Shown here piece by piece: positions 49,579 through 63,385 of a stretch of 64,000 nt of DNA (the stretch's first letter is position 1; the number at the start of each line of letters is the position of its first letter). A model generated the notes under the pieces. It saw only the letters and a list, made by a program, of their open reading frames with translations. It had not been told where the DNA came from and did no database searches. The DNA lies in assembly GCA_051294905.1 (NCBI GenBank), contig CM119372.1, positions 23,128,001-23,192,000 of the forward strand. The letters are read 5' to 3'. The position numbers were made by a program, and so were the translations under genes. This DNA is from Botryllus schlosseri (taxonomy: Eukaryota).

Positions 49579-50820
49579 CAGGCCCGTAACTGCCGCACCC
49601 CAAACCCCCCAATTGGGGGGCCCGAGCTCTTAGGGGGCCCAAAATTATTTCGTGAATTAGCATAAATTATATAGTATGTTTTGAAACTTTGGGCAATTTT
49701 TTCGCACTGAGCGCGATTTCAAGTTGCCAATTATCTTGATTTTTGGGTACTCTTCCCACAAGAAAAACTACGAAATATTTATAGAAATGGGCATATTGGC
49801 GTTGGCCATTACCGCGCCACGACGCACCAAGACATATAAAGTAGGCCATGTAACATGCGACTCCAAGAAGGGTGCCAGAATGATCGGCAGCGAGAAAACC
49901 TTGGCCGAAAAGGACTGCCCTAATGCTGACCGAAAACTCCGTTATCTATGCAACATACTGTCTTGGCAATCTCACAAGACAAATACCCCCCGCAGGCAAA
50001 AATTATATGCCAGTGAAGAAATACCAATTAGAAATGGTGTGCGTCTTTTAGTTTCGTAGCCTACGTTATGGCGATTCTATATTTTTTATATAGCAGACAG
50101 GAGGTCACGAAATACCATCATGTTAAGGAGTCATACTAACGGGCCCTACAGTTTCCAAGACACCGCACCCAGCTCTGCCGGTAAATCTGATTACGTGCTG
50201 AGCAGAGAGGATAAGAAGTTGATAGCAATATATCTGCAATTCCCGATTTTATTGACCGATTTTATCATTGAATTTTAGAAACTTTTTCGCGCTTCGCGCT
50301 GGCTCACTAAGCAGTAAACAATTCATTTCGTGGCAAAAGCGAACAAGGTGATGGGGGGGGGGGGTAGGTTTATCACCATATGGAAGCCCCAGACCCCAGA
50401 TGTTTTGCGGGGCCTGACGAAGTGCTGTTTCATTCCTGCCAACGGGTATACGACCGAAGATGTTTGATTATAATATTGAGGGGTCCTATCTATTCAAACA
50501 CACCTCACTCAGCTTTTACCTGTAAATCTGATTACGTGAGCAGAGAGAGGATAAAAATTGATAGCAACATATATGCAATTTCCGACCATATTGACCGATT
50601 GAATCATTAATTCTAGAGAATTTTCGCGCTCCGCGCTTAGGCGAGAAAAACTACCCCACTAAACGCCCCTACTGTGGAGGATAAGTAAGTAGCGGTAATA
50701 AGCGAACAGCCAGAGGGGGGTCTGCGGGGCTTCGCCCCCAGATGTTGGGTTCATCAACATATGGGGGGCCCAAGACCAACGTTTTTTTGGGGGGGCTGGC
50801 GAAGTGCTGTTACGGCCCTG
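49579..50820 (+). mobile_element. hAT-type MITE family C, complete copy
   Basis: TIR CAGGCCCGTAAC / GTTACGGCCCTG; perfect TSD GTGATGAG. Confidence 0.92.
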
Positions 50821-51430
50821 GTGATGAGCAACTCAATGTGTCAGGGAATAGAGTCGGTAACATTAATGGTGTGATCTTACATGTCACAAATTTAATCTTC
50901 AATTACAATATTACCTGCGAAAAAGGCTTGCGTTATTCAAAATAAAAGTACCGGTCAGGTATTCTGGGTTCCTAACAGAATCTGACTGACGGAACTGACG
51001 ATGTAGCGATTGCGTCGGGATTCCATACAGCGAACTACAGATATTTCTAGTTCAAGACGTCACGATTACACGGGTTTGTAACCATCACTCGGTGTTTCTA
51101 ATGAAACGGCTTATGTTTTAAAAATAAAATTGTTTATAAATACGATCGGTTTTTTTAATTCAGAGTGCAATCTTAAATCCATTGTGTTACGAAGTTGAAA
51201 CGCACCAAACACGGTTTCATATGATATCAAGCACTTCAAAGTCAGATAATACTTGCAATCAGTCAAGACGGACGAGGTTCAGTAGTTCCGAAACAATCAC
51301 TCAATATATTATATATATATTTACTGTATATAATCCATGTATAACAAAGTGCATGTTCCCTGATATCGTTGCGAAGCTAATTATGATAAGTTGACTATAC
51401 TTGGAAGGGCCTTATTTAACACATGCACAA

Positions 51431-52093
51431 TAGGGCTCTTCAAAAATGACTTTTTTTCTCAAATGGTACTGGCTACTTGATAAAATTGTTAGGTTACCTA
51501 ATTTAAGCCTACACACAAAATTTGGTTCAATTCTAGCCAGTAACCGCTTTGCTACAGGAGAAGAAAGTTTCTATTTATTATATAAAAATAAATAATAAAA
51601 AATTTGAAAACTTTCTGTCCACCCCATGAAAGTGTTAGGCGGTCTATAGAAACAATGCTCGCCAAATTTCGTTCAATTCCGACGAGTGGAAGCGGAGTTA
51701 TTGCCGTCAAAAAATTTGGATTTGAATAAAATAGTATTTACGGTGAGCACAACTATAATAAATAAACAAAGAATCGGTCACCGTAAATACTATTTTATTC
51801 AAATCCAAATTTTTCGACGACAATAACTCCGCTTCCAATGGTTGGAATTGAACGAAATTTGGTGAGCATCGTTTCTATAGACAGCCTAACACTTTCATGG
51901 GGTGAACAGAAAGTTTTCAAATTTTTTATTATTTATTTTCATATAATAAATAGAAACTTTCTTCTCCTGTAGCAAAGCGGTTACTGGCTGGAATTGAACC
52001 AAATTTTGTGTGTAGGCTTAAATTAGGTAACCTAACAATTTTATCAAGTAGCCAGTACGATTTGAGAAAAAAAGTCATTTTTGAAGAGCCCTA
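51431..52093. mobile_element. Palindromic MITE (316-bp arms, 31-bp loop)
   Basis: Arms 51431-51746 and 51778-52093 are near-perfect reverse complements; perfect TSD ATGCACAA. Confidence 0.95.
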
Positions 52094-53933
52094 ATGCACA
52101 ATGCACATTGCACATGCACACGCTGTCGTATAGTGCAAATTGTCAAGGATGCTAATAGATGCACGTGGCAGGTGAGCCAACAGAGATCGATCAGCATCGT
52201 TGTGGTTTATATTGATTTTAATTGACAACGAAGCATTTTCAATGGCAACTTGCAAAATTGTTATTTGTTAGCCGATTTCATTTAGCGTGAAGTTACGCGA
52301 TAATCTCGTTAAAAAGCTATTGCCCATAAATATAATACATACAATATATAGGACATAAAATATATGACACTGCCATTGCGAGCATGTTCTACAACGATAA
52401 TAACTAACATCAATCATAATTATAATGAAATCAATAATAATAATACTCAAACCTCCGCACTATAACTCGTGCCTATTACAGCTAAATCATCGATATCTCA
52501 CAATTTCGGATACCAGAGTAGTAGTAGTCTTTGATGTATAAGGTAGTTCAATCGACTAGCGCGAGAAGGAAAGTTGAAGGTCTCTTCGGTTCCTCGCGAC
52601 GAGTTTTGAAATATTTCCGCATAAAATAGTGTTCATCTTCAAATTATATCGGCAGAATGAGTCTCAATGAACATAACGAACCATAGCTACAAGCCCGCGT
52701 TCATCGCTTTATCGTGAAATGTCGCCTTACTGAACTGAACACATGGTTACTTAGAACACGCAGTCTGTCGAAATGTGGTGATTCCACAAACACATCCATT
52801 CTGGATAGGACCTGCACATTTCACAATCTAAACGTGATGGTGGAGTCTATGTACATTCAGCCCTTAAGATTCGTTCTCGCATAATTCCTGCCGTCAACAA
52901 CTTCAAAGCCGACAAAGTGCTATGCCACAAAGCACGCCGCTTCTTCACAAGCGCCGGTCATTGAGACATTTTCTCATCACTTTCAAAAGCTGTACTGTAT
53001 ACGCGAATGGAATCGTTTTATAATTATTCGTGTTCACCAGGGAATTTTCTGATCAACACTGCGTCAAAATTTCGTGAACACGAATTCGCGTAATAGGTTA
53101 TATGCGCGCTAAGCAAGTGTTTCACACAAAGACGCCGCGTTGACATTAAATACTGGCTACGTCAGTCACCTATCGATTTCGATCACAATTTTCGATTTCT
53201 CTATCGATATAATTAGAATGGGCATATTACAGATATAGAATATCATTGACGCTTGGCCGTATCTGTCAATAGCGAATTCATATTTTATGGATTTTACATC
53301 GCGATTTGTGCACAACGGTTACGGTAGCTTGGTCTACAGTCGAACCGGAACCCTCGTACTTGTGAATGAAATACAAATACAAATACAAATTCATCCATCA
53401 TATGGCCATCATTTGGGAGTCTTGACAAAAGAATAAGTGTGAAATATGAGATATCCAATCAATTACCTAGACCAGCAAATGAAAAATACACCGTGTACTG
53501 TACATTTCATTGTACAAGATGTGTATGTGTAAGCACAAATGTATTATGTGGTACGCACTGTACTTTTTGTAGTTAAACAATATATTAACCTTTGTCTAAT
53601 TTACTATTCCGCAGCATACACGTGTATAATATGGTGTAACTGTAGCTGCAGAACATATTTATATTTACGCGCGATGTCAGGCCTTTTCGATTGCTGGCTC
53701 GATAATGCTGTCCTCGTCCATCAACTTATGATTGCTTTGGCTCGAGTATGAATAAGGTCTTAACAACGTACTAGTGATTGGCATATATATACTATACATC
53801 AATTGAAAGTAGTAATTGAGGGATTACGATGCGGATATCCGCAATGATTAGGCACTATGCGGGAACAATCTGACTTACGTTACTCACACACCATGGATGC
53901 AGCTGACTGCTACCGATTACTGGCTATACTGAT

Positions 53934-54221
53934 TAGGGATACCATACGTTCTCTTTTAAGAGGATTTTTCTTCTTTTTTGACTTTTTTGAAAGTGTCGTC
54001 GGAGGACGCCCAAATGTCCTCTTTGTTGAGAATTTTGGTTAAATATATGGCTAAATCGACTGAGATACAGTAAATAAGCACTGAAGTAATCTCCGTCGGC
54101 TATTTTTTTAGTCAACCAACCACGCAGTCCGAAAAATTTTCAGGATTTTCCTCCGGTTTTGCAAGTCTGAAAATTTTGAAAAAGTGTTCTCTTTTCAGAT
54201 TTCCAAAATATGGTAACCCTA
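53934..54221 (+). mobile_element. hAT-type MITE family D (TAGGGTTACCATA)
   Basis: TIRs plus TSD ATACTGAT / ATGCTGAT. Relatives at 59068-59439, ~26795-26980 and ~60510-60857. Confidence 0.85.
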
Positions 54222-56213
54222 ATGCTGATTGACTTTGAAATATGTCCTAGTATCCTAGATATTCACACGGTGACAAACGACCCGAGAGTACTGTGGCGAT
54301 CCTGAGATATATTAATAATACATGTTGCGGACAAAATGAAATTCTTTCATATACTCGGTTATTCCCTTTTCATTATTTCTACCATAATACGTGATGTAAC
54401 TACTGACATTCTTCATAGGTCCAGATTTCGATAAAATAACGTTTTCTCATGTAAAAATTTGTCAGTTTTCAAGTTAAAAACTTTTTTTCAGGCCAAACTA
54501 CTTCGTAAGGACAGACAGTTTCAACCAGAAATGAAGATAAGAAGTAGTACAATTTTAACATCATGTGCGAAACACCCAGTTTGCATACGCGAGGTCAAAA
54601 TTTGGTCAAAATTAAGTTTTTACATGTCAAAAAACGCAATAAAAATGTTAATTTTTTAGGTCAAAATCTTCCGTTTTCAAGTCAAAATAAATCGCCCTAA
54701 AATGACTGTTCTTGCAAAATCTGCTGTTCTCGTTCAGATACCAGTTCAGAAATGCGAGGCTTCACCTTGGAAATGTAAATTGTCATCGTATTGGTCGGTC
54801 GAAGCGCAAGCGGGATACCAATTGCTTAATTACAAATGAGCTTAAAATATTGGAGATAGAATTGGAACTTCATGAAGAATGAGTTTCGATATCGAATCGC
54901 ACCTGCACCTGCGAGCGCCATCACACACGCCGTACCGCCACAACAATCACAATTCGACTACCGATCGAGTCCAAGGGCGAAGATCATGAAGTTGGATTGA
55001 ATAAAAGTGGGTTATCTCGTTCATCACGATTTAACAAACCAGCATTAAGGAAACCAGTTGATCGCAGCGCATAAAAGTGATCGAGTGAGATGTAGCCAAC
55101 CACTACAAGAGTACTACAATGCGTAAAATTCCTACGCAGAAATATATCCGATAATGACTGGCTTCATTCAACAATCGGAAACAACGAACTATGTTCGCAC
55201 CATTGCAAAGCAATATATTCTATCTATATTCTATAATCGTTGCGTCGCTGTACCGTACTAATTGGACATGATAATTCGACCATATGATGAGTCTAACTGT
55301 TACAATTGCAATGTTTCATCAGCAGCCGGCGGTTTCATTCAACAACCTGACAACTGACAGCCAAAAATGCATTATGATGCTACTGATTACATCGCACAGA
55401 CCACATAGTTGGTTGATAACTCGGGACACCTCGGGTAATCATTGCGCATAACCTGAACCGAACTTACGCTAGCCAATTAACAGTTTTTAATAGGACGGTT
55501 AGCATTCTCCAGGATCAGCTAACTTTATGATCCCAACCAAAAATGCGCCTCGATTAGTAGTTTTCAATCACGCAATTAGCATTCTCCCGGATCAGTTAAA
55601 TTTATGATCTCCGCCCGTTTTAAATGTTTGCAACCAATGATGGTCAAGACGGAAGTATCATCACAAATCATATGTATGACTGCTGCTGTGTGTCGTGATC
55701 TCCCGCGGAACCCCTCGAACTGGCTCGTGGAACCCCTGGTATTCTGTGGATCACCGGTTAGGAACCACTCAGGTAGCAAAAATATACTTCAATTATCTTT
55801 GGTTGCACTGCAGTATACCTTACTTTGACCCTGACATGAAGGCCCAATAGCCCCGGTTTCCAGAGAAACTTGGTTAATTAGTGATATTAAAATAATGAAC
55901 AAATTCCCAATGTCCGCGTTTGCGAATTCCTGTATTTACGCTTTACAAATACGCAGGGCCAACAACGCATCGCTACTAAAACAAGAAGAGCATAGAAATA
56001 TATCAACTTATAACGTCGTTAGTGCCGCCGTTATAGTGGTTTATACCAGTATTCAATTGGAAAATCATCGCATTTTGACAATTCCATTCTTTGCGGATAA
56101 CGGGGTTGCTCAAACAGAGACCACATGATCCGTAATATAATGAATAATATAATAGTACCATATACATGGCGTTGTAAGCATTCCAGTGAAATACAAAGGG
56201 GTATGGATTTAGA

Positions 56214-58722
56214 CAGTGCATGGTATGGTATGGCATGGTATGGAACGAAATTTCGGTTTGGGATATGGAAATGTGCAAGTATGGTATGGTATGGAAGTTT
56301 CTCAAGTATGGTATGGAATTGTTTTTCCATACTTCCATACATTTTCCATACTTTGACAGTTTTGCCAAAACCACGACAATTATCCTACTTTCGATTTGTA
56401 AAATTGATTGCGACAATCGCTCACTGTCTAGGTCTATATTCATTGTTCATATCTCAAATCGCGACTCATGACTCACCCACCCCGGTCTACATCTAATTGA
56501 AGACAAAGTTGGGCAACGCGCATATGAATGAAAGTAATATTAATGATGATCTAAATATCATAAAAACGAATGATATTCGACCGCTGTGGCGACACAACTA
56601 GCATTTCACTTATCGTAACTTCCACTCCGTAAACTACCAAGGGAGTTTTAAAATCGCAGACTCCAAGAATGTAGCTACCATTTACTTTACATGAATATTC
56701 ATATCAATCTGTTGAAACTTGGAAATTATTTACTGCGCTTTGGTCTGATCATCATCACGTAATATCCATTTGACATAACCATCATTGTAATTCAAAAATA
56801 TGTAGCTTGTCTTGGAGCGACGTTAAGATATGACTGCCTCCAACACGCATTGTAACTCATGAAATCTTGCTATCTATGATAAAAGAATGGACAGTGGACA
56901 TACTGCTGTTGGCTAATAAGTGTGAGTGTTTGACCCACAGATTGGCGGGGAAATTGGACAGTTGATCGATCCGCTGTCGCAGAATGAATGTAGCGATGTA
57001 AAATATTATGCTAAGATATATTCTAATGCAGTGGTTTTCATGGAAACGATGGGTAATTTAGCGTTTACTGGTTGGGAATAGACACGCTTGAAAAAATATC
57101 TTTACATTGTTCACCTCCTTAATTATATGTCTTTAATGGCGATCGTATCTCTAATACTTCTTAGCTCATTTCCAATTCAGAAATTCGTATTATCAGTTCC
57201 TCCAATTAGCGAGAATCGACTGTAAAACGGTATGCGATCTTTCGCATATGTTGTTATTAGGGATGGTGTGAACCTCAGAAAGGTTCTGGTTCGTGTGAAC
57301 GCGAACCTTTTTGAAAGGTTCTGTTTGAACGCGAACGTGAACCTTATGACGTCACGTGACGTCACATTGCCAATTCCAACCCTACATTTCCGGCCACATA
57401 AGCCCCAATATTCAATTAAGTACTTGTTAACGTTTTAAACGTCACCAAATGTATTAATCTGAGCAATCAAATGCTATAATGAAATCTATATCTTCCGTCG
57501 CTTTGCCATCAATTTCGAACATAAGCTTCCGCCTTAACGGTGTAGGCCAGGTCGTACGATGTGGTCGGCGTCTGACTATTGCTACATTGGTATTGAGCAG
57601 AGTGTAAAACGTTTTTTTGTTTTACTTGCAACCGATATTACCCCATAAACAATCAAGTTATACCGTATAGCCAACACACCAATCGCAGGGATTTGGTTAT
57701 TATGCTACAACGAACATATTAAATCAAGATAGATCCCGTACGCCTGCTAGATTTTTTTACATTAGACAACGATGATGTCTTCTTTATATCAATTTCACTG
57801 ATTGTTTGAATAAGCATCATTCGCTGACTTCCCAAATGTAGTGTATTTCGTTATTGATGTTGTTTTATTGCGGGTCAAGCTCACAGCAGAGAGTCACTAT
57901 AAATATCCACAAACGGAAAGCTGAATATTTCGAGCGGACTTTTGTAACAAACCAAGCAAAATATTTGAGATTGGCAAGGTGCATGCTCGTTTGGTGTTTA
58001 TTTTTTATGCTGCCAGCGTCATGCATAGAGTGTTCCGAAGTTGAAATGCAAAGAATTTCAACCAAAGACGTTATAATGACATGAAAAATTGTAATATATG
58101 AAAAAGGTTCACAGTCCAGAACGTTTGTGAACGTGAACCTCTCATTTTCCGAGGTTCATTTCACAGACAGAACACGAACGTGAACCTCACGTTCACACCA
58201 TCCCTAGTTGTTATCCATTGTATGCGAAATCGTGCGACTGAAATCTCCTGGTTCGTTATGATAAGACCTCATATGTACATGAACATGTATTCACGGGGGA
58301 TTGCGGACTCGCTAATTGATAGCATAGCCGTACTCGTTACAGATGAAATGACATATTTATTTTATTACGAGTTATACCATAGCGTGCGAAAGTGTAGCTT
58401 ATGGCGGCTTATATCTACCATTCGTAAACACCAGGAAGTTTATCTGACCTAGATGCATTATTCGGTGTCATTGTATCGGGGCTGTTTAAATGGATTATTT
58501 CATCCAAAATAATTAGAATATAAACGCCGAAACTTTCCACACACCAAAAATAGAATATAGCTTGAGAGTTTGGGCAAGTTGCGAAAGTATGGAAAAAGTA
58601 TCAATTATGGAATGGAAGAATGTTGCCATGGTATGGAAAACTGTAGAGTATGGTATGGGACGATTGTGGCGGGTATGGAGTATGGAAATTTCCCATTCCA
58701 TTCCATACCATACCATGCCTTG
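56214..58722. mobile_element. Non-autonomous hAT-type element with (ATGGT)n subterminal repeats
   Basis: CAGTGCATGGTATGGTATGG / CCATACCATACCATGCCTTG; perfect TSD GATTTAGA. Confidence 0.88.
57258..58206 (+). mobile_element. MITE family A, nested
   Basis: Family A TIRs; perfect TSD GTTGTTAT. Confidence 0.95.
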
Positions 58723-59067
58723 GATTTAGAGGTAACATATTGGAATCATTTACTGGTCGGCCCGCAAGCGATTAAGACTTTTAAATCGCGCGTCGACTCC
58801 AGTTGAGTTTGACTTTTGACACCCCGGCCTTGTTCTTGGCTGTTTTGTAAGTCACCGCTTCCGCAAATCACACTGCAGCGAGAAGCCCAGGTAAACCTCC
58901 AATCGTGCTAGTGATGATACACCCCTGCATCAAAGCTTAGTAACCTAGTGTATAAAGGTAATGTTTGGAAATAACAACCAATGACATGACAAATTGTTTC
59001 AACAAAATCACTCAACGCAGATCTCTTGGCATCCCCACATAATTAGATCATTACTGGGATTAGTATG

Positions 59068-59439
59068 TAGGCTTACCATACGTCCTCTTTTAAGAGGATT
59101 TGTCCTCTTTTTTGACTTTTTTGAAAGTGTCCTCGGAGGACGCCCTTTTGTCCTCTTTTTTGAAATTTTGTCCTCTTTTTTGAAAATTTAGGTCAGATTT
59201 AGAGGAAATTGCGAGTGATATGCCGCAAATTAGCCCAGAAGTTAAGCTCCGGCGGATATTTCGGAGTGAAAAACGGTGCTTTTAGCTCTGAGCGAAAAGA
59301 TGACCTTTTTTTTTTTTTTAGTCAACCGATCACAAAGTGGGAAAAATTTACCGGTTTTTGAAATTCTTCTCCGGTTTTGCATGTCTGAAATTTCTGAAAA
59401 AGTGTCCTCTTTTTACCTTTCCAAAATATGGTAAGCCTA
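59068..59439 (+). mobile_element. MITE family D
   Basis: TAGGCTTACCATA / TATGGTAAGCCTA; perfect TSD TTAGTATG. Confidence 0.9.
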
Positions 59440-59449
59440 TTAGTATGTA

Positions 59450-60230
59450 TGTATGTAAAAGGGGTTTTATGATGCTTAACTAGTAACGCCTTGTGCACCA
59501 GACCTGGTTAAATCAGATACGTCTACACAATACAACAAATTCTACGACCAGAATAACCATGCGCGGATCAGTTACCAGACATTCCAAGGTAAAGATCGCA
59601 CTGCTACGTTCAGCTACATTTTGTCAAATATTGTCTCTGGTGATCATATCGAGGATACGTCAGTAGTAAATGTTCGACAGTTTCTGGTACGCTGCACGTT
59701 TCGCAGAGACCACTGTCATGACAACTCATGCGATGGAGGAGCGAGTTCAATTTACAGTGTCCGGTTTGTATAGTCGCAATATAATTGATGATTCCCCCCG
59801 CGACAAATTTCGTGGACGGGGAATGCGCGAGGACGGCGCGTGCATACGAAGGTACGTAAAGTCTCGCTCGATGCCGTTCAATTCCTACAGCCACTTCTCA
59901 ATACATATTCCATTGGTGTGTGACTTCATTTCAGCAAGTGACAGAATCATTTCGTTTTCGTCGTTGGAGCCAGATGTGCTAGCGTCAAGTTTTGCGAGTT
60001 TATCCGCCCTTTCATTGCCACGTATTCCTGTGTGAGCGGGAATCCAAATAAACGTCACTTGTACTCCATTTGTTGCCAGGTCTCTGCAAAGTAAGATAAT
60101 AGTTTCAATTAGACTATTCGAATTACCATTATTTTTTTTGGACATCAACGCGCTTAAACTGTCGGAGAATATCGCCAACTGTTTGGACGGCATGCATGCG
60201 TTGCTCGCCCAATTTAGACTTAACATAATT
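59450..60230 (-). mobile_element. 5'-truncated RNase H-containing LINE (I/Nimb/Ingi-like)
   Basis: IFSDSLSAL, WIPAHTGIRGNERADKLAK, TGHCKLN..CETC..ETVEHLL; frameshifted. Confidence 0.85.
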
Positions 60231-60258
60231 GCATATTACTCCGAGAAACGTTATAAAC

Positions 60259-62323
60259 CAGTGATTCCCAAGTGCGGCCCCCAGATAGCCTTCTTGCGGC
60301 CCCCAAAATCGATTTATGACAAAAAAATAAAATTTATATTTATAAAATACTCTTGCTTGGCTTGGCCTCTGTAGTTTTTAATTATAGAATTACAGGATAG
60401 TTGTGAGTATAGAATGCTAACGTTATGTCATTGCTGATTCAATGCAATGTGCCCTAACTTTCGAGTTGAACGGGCAGTAGCTATAGATATAAATAGGTAT
60501 TGATAGCTTTCAAAACCGGAGGAAAATCCTGAAAAATGGTAAATTTTTCCCACTTCGTAGTCGCTTGACTAAAAAAGAAAAAGAAGCTCAACTCCCGGAA
60601 AATACAGTTTTTCTTTCACATTAACAGGTGGTTGACTGAAAAAATGGTTAAGTTTCCGGTCCAGCTCCCGCAATAGTCGCCGTAGCGTTCCCACAGTGCT
60701 GACTTAATGTATATCAGTTTGCCCCTATATGTAACCAAAATCCTCAAAAAAGAAGATAAAATCTCAAAAAAGAAGACATTTGGGCGTCCTCCGAGGACAC
60801 TTTTAAAAAAATCGAAAAAGAGGACAAATCATCTTAAGAGGACGTATGGTAACCCTATGATAACTACATGTGCAACACGTGACTCGCGGTTGAATACGCC
60901 GAAATGCATACTGCTTAGCCGGCTAAAAGCAGCATAATTAGTAGTCCTGTAGTCAGTGCGGCCGTAGCTGTCGCACCCCAAACCCCCCAATTGAGGGTGG
61001 CCGAGCTCGAAGGGGGCACAAAATTATTTCGTGAGTTAGTATAAATTATAGAGTATACTTTTTGAAAATTTATGCAACTTTTTCAAAAAATTTTCGCGCC
61101 GTGCGCGATTTCAATTCGCCACATATCTTGATTATTGGGTACTCTTCCCCCCCCCCCCCCCAAAAAAAAAATACGCAAGATTTATAGAAATGAGCATATC
61201 AGCGTTGGCCATGACCGCACCACAACGCACCAAGACATATAAAGTTTTAGGCCATGTAACATGTGACTCCAAGAAGTGTGTTAGGACGATCTGCAGCGAG
61301 GAAGCCTTGGCCGTAAAGGACTGCTTTTATGCTGACCAAAAACTTCGAAATACCAAAAAATTCGTTATATATACAAAATACATATAGGTTTAATTGTCCA
61401 TATAGGCGCCTAAATGACTGGTGCTGAATGTTCTTGTCTTGGCAATCTGAACCTCACAAAACAAATACCATCCCGCAGGAAAGAAAATTATATGCCAGTG
61501 AAGAAATACCAATCTGAAATCGTGTGATCTTTCAGTTTAGTAGATTTGGACAATCATACATTTTTTGATATAGCAGACAGGAGGTCACGAAATAACATCA
61601 TGTCAAGAAGTCATACCTAGGGGTCCGCCCGCCCGAAGATGTTTAATTTTACGGAGTCAGCAGTTTCAAAGACACTTCTCACTCAGCTCTACCGGTAAAT
61701 CTGATTACGTGGGCGAAGAGGACAACCGTGCAATTCCCGATCTTATTCACCGATTTTATCATGAATTATCGAAATATTCGCGCTTCGCGCTGTCTCACTA
61801 AACAGTAAAACTTTAATTTCGTGGCAAAAGCGAACAACGTGATGCGGGGTCAGTTTATTTCCCTATGGGAGCCTGGGGTCCTGACGAAGTGCTGTTACGT
61901 TCCTGCCAACGGGTATACCCCGGAGATGTTTAATTACTATTGAGGGAGCCTATACCTTTTCAAACACACCTCACTCAGCTCTACCGGTAAATCAGTTTAC
62001 GTGAACAGAGACAGGATGAAAATTGATAGCAATACATGCAATTCCCGATCATATTTACCGATTCAGTCATGAAACTAAAGAAATTTCTCGCGCTTCGCGC
62101 GTTTAGGCCATGGAAGCTGATTCACTCAACGGACACCCAATGCAGCAGATAAGTAGCGGTAAACAGTGTACAGTTTTGAAATCTCGTCAGGGCAATAAAA
62201 CTACTCCGAAATAGCCACGATGACTGTTTGGGTCCGCTTCGTAGCCGTAGTATTCGTGCGGCCCCGACCGTACTCTGAAATTCTAAATTTGGCCCTCACA
62301 CCGAAAAAGTTTGGGAACCACTG
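60259..62323. mobile_element. hAT/Charlie-type element containing family D and family C insertions
   Basis: CAGTGATTCCCAA / TTGGGAACCACTG; perfect TSD TTATAAAC; family C-like sequence from ~60955. Confidence 0.85.
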
Positions 62324-63204
62324 TTATAAACTGAGGCTGATATAAGCCTACTGGTACGCGACTGTCGACTACGCGTCTTGTCGTTAATTAGGCGAGTCAC
62401 TATACGAGATCACGATGAGACGTCCTATCACGACGGCGCTCAATACACGAACGAGTGGGATTAGTAGTGGCTGCATTGAGCCATAATTTGGTTGGTTGTT
62501 GTTGTGTGTGGTATTCATGGTGTTTGTCGACTATTACGGTAATTTACACCAGGTCAATTTTCTTTGATTTTATCCCGCATCTGCCGACTTGTAACACGGT
62601 CCCCTTCTAGGCTTCAACAAGACACTGATTACGCGAATGAGATGGCGAGAGCTGGGTGCATCTCTTGGTGGCTACATATAACATAAAGCCATCACTTGAT
62701 TTGCTAATCTTTTCAAATACGGGTTGAGAAGATTGAAGGCATACTTGAGTTCGCTTATGGGTTAGACAGGACTTAATGTCATGGCGGTGTCATACTTGGA
62801 AAGAGAAATGACCATGACAAACAATATTGATTTTTGTCATATCATATTGATGTATTTGGTACGGAAACACTTTTTGAATTGACGATACTACCCATATATT
62901 CTGAACAAGTTGGATAAATTTTTGATTTCGTTTCAGTGCGTCGGTATTACATTTGTTGTCTCTATTTTACCCTTTTCAAGTCCTAAATTCATATAAAGTG
63001 CTTCCATGCTGAATCTCTATGTAATGAGTTGACATAATTACGTGGATTATAGCTTAATTGCGGGTGCGTTCGTAATTTACGGTCAATCTTAGAAAAAAAG
63101 TTCTCGCTTCCAAATTAGTTTTAATCCCCCTACATCTAAAAAAGGGGTTTAATCCCGCGAGACGCCAACCCGCGAGACGCCAAACGCCACCATGTGGCTG
63201 AGAA

Positions 63205-63385
63205 ACTACGTGGCGTCTGGCGTGTGAATGGGTCGAAACGCAGACTGGCCGCTGAATTGCTACATGGCGTTTGGCGTGTGAACGAGTTGAAGCGCAGATT
63301 GGAGGGTGAATTGCTACATGGCGTTGGGCGTGTGAATGGGTTGAAACGCAGACTGGTGGATGAATCGCTACATGGCATCTGGAGT
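63205..63385 (+). repeat. 54-bp tandem repeat (~3.3 copies) after a short CCCGCGAGACGCCAA repeat; probable TE end
   Basis: GGCGTGTGAA...GCTACATGGC recurs at 54-bp spacing. Confidence 0.65.

Noticed and set aside
56003..56496. Overlapping 80-146 aa ORFs rich in W/Y/G/M
   Set aside because: Derived from (ATGGT)n subterminal repeats of a hAT-type element.
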